Positions 62,161-64,000 of a DNA stretch of 64,000 nt are shown here, in pieces. The position numbers and the translations under genes are program-made. Location of the stretch: positions 64,790,001 to 64,854,000 of the forward strand of contig OZ260662.1 in assembly GCA_965285935.1 (NCBI GenBank), in the 5' to 3' direction. The stretch is from Ophelia neglecta. Lineage: Eukaryota. The notes under the pieces were generated by a model. It had not been told where the DNA came from, did not search any database, and saw nothing but the letters and a program-made list of their open reading frames with translations. How positions within the stretch are numbered: the stretch's first letter is position 1; each line of letters opens with the position of its first letter.

Positions 62161-64000
62161 TCATGTGTTCATTGGTGATTACTTCTGAATAATTTATAAT
62201 TTCTATATACAATAATCAACCCACGACGAACAAACGTTTAGAATATTGATATAATCCTAAGAATTTAGCATCCCATTTTTATAAATAAATGCCATTCACT
62301 TATTATTAATTTATAATGACGAATTCTTTAAAACTATAATAGGGGCCTATTCTAAACCCAATTTAAAAAAAAATGCTGCCCTGACCAATTCCAAAATTCT
62401 AAATTCTACACGGTTTATATTTTTCCTTCCTAAGGATTCTTTGTTAAACAATGTGAATATCTCTGGCTGTATGTTGAAGTCAAAGTAGACCACGTGTTTC
62501 TTAGTGAAAGCAAAATAGTGTCTTGATTATACGTGCATTGGTTAAAAGTAAGGTACCAACAAAGAGGTGGCGACCTCTTCTGGCAAGCATTGATACTAAT
62601 CAGCACTTTCATTTTAACCTGGACGTTGAACTTCGGTTTCCAACTGGCAAACTTATTCAATGACTAGGCCTACGTAATAAAGAGATGGTGATAATCCATC
62701 AAATAACTTGAAAGTGCGATTGAGTTAATACATCTTAATTACTGTAGTTTGTGATTATATATCAATAAACTCATTGCCCAACAATTTCTTATAAATTTTA
62801 ATGTGAAAAGATATGTATACGCAAAGCCAGCATATTCATAAGCGAATGCATCGATGCTCTTTCAAATACTGCTTACATTCTTTGCCGTGACTGGACTAGC
62901 AATATTCTTATTAAGTCTTGATAGGATCAGCTGGATACAAAAGGCACAATGGCCAAATAACCAGTTCTCAGGTAGCATATAATTTTACCTAGGGTTAAGC
63001 TGTAAGGACCATAGGACAGGTATGTGACGTTTTGAGGCTCCTGCCCAATGGACGCTCCCCCAGGGCGTATTAAGTTTCCGCAAGGTATTTCTTTTTTCTG
63101 CCAATCAATGGATAAACCACCAATGCCCTTCCCAAAGTCTATTGAACACATTCCTTGGCATCTCGGATGCCACAATCAATGAATTATACTTAGAGAGGCG
63201 CCACAAAATTTACTCAGTGTCTAATTTGGATTAACGATTGGTTACAATTGCAACCGTGTATTGTTCACGTGGGCGAGATTACCTCGGTAATCTCACGGAA
63301 ATAATACACCACATTGCCTTCGGGCGGGATTTGCTGCATAATTGCTGGGCGTTTCACTTTGTTGTCTGCCAAAGAGATTAAACTTGTTGTTCTGGCTATC
63401 AGGCTTCCTATGAATATTTTTACTGGTATCACCCGCATTGCCTGAGGGCCTTAGTAAACCAGGGCCGCGTGCGCTGAAATAAAATATAGCGAGCTGGATG
63501 TAGGGCTTTCGAGAGGGGAGTGGGGGAGGGTCCGCCATTAAATTAAGATGAGGTTTTGTGATGGGTAACTTTCCAAGGGGTGGAGATGGGTGGGTTAGTT
63601 GAATGGCTAAGTTCATCTACCCTCTCTGGGAGCCGACACGTAGGTCATACACATGAAGCTGCTTGAGATAATTTGAGTAAAAATTGGGGCTCCTGTCCCC
63701 GTGCCTCCTCGGAAGCCCCCCCCCCCCCCCCCCATATAGACCCACAAATGATATACAAAGTGCTACAGATGAGAGTATATAAGCCCAAATCCCTTCAGAC
63801 CTATTACCTTTCAGGGCAAGCGAATTGCTTCGGATTGCAGTCCCCTGTTTATGACCGTCACGGTATAAAATAAAGCTTTGTTCTGGTCTTTTAAGTGACA
63901 AAGGCCGTATCTACAAATATTTAACTGGTACTTCAGGGGTGCAAAATTCGCCAGTTCCGCAGACAAGCCGATTGCAATGATACTGACACAGGCTTTGAAA

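Overview
Eukaryotic (invertebrate metazoan) genomic DNA, roughly 39-40% GC by eye, with spliceosomal introns. I can support only two protein-coding genes. They are a tandem, same-strand pair of Hairy/Enhancer-of-split (HES) bHLH-Orange-WRPW repressors about 33 kb apart: HES-A (4 coding exons, 17872..26229, 374 aa) and HES-B (3 coding exons, 59271..61735, 340 aa). Both models were assembled by hand from GT-AG sites and reading frame. The rest is non-coding: minisatellites (50-bp; 21/25-bp), local duplications, a foldback/MITE-like element, probable decayed transposon sequence and many candidate cis-regulatory sites. The most notable unexplained signals are: (i) a 15-bp composite motif CGTG[G/A/T]GAA-AAT[C/G]ATT (a CSL/Su(H) site fused to a palindrome) found four times around HES-B; (ii) K-box, Brd-box and GY-box microRNA sites in the 3' UTRs, as in the insect E(spl) complex; (iii) a candidate CRE-driven internal promoter and first exon in HES-A intron 2 that would give a HES lacking the basic region; (iv) a shared, unannotated peptide motif after the Orange domain; (v) strong over-representation of TAGGCCTA. 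The K boxes (miR-2 family seed) hint at a protostome host, which is inference. All motif counts were made by eye and may be incomplete.
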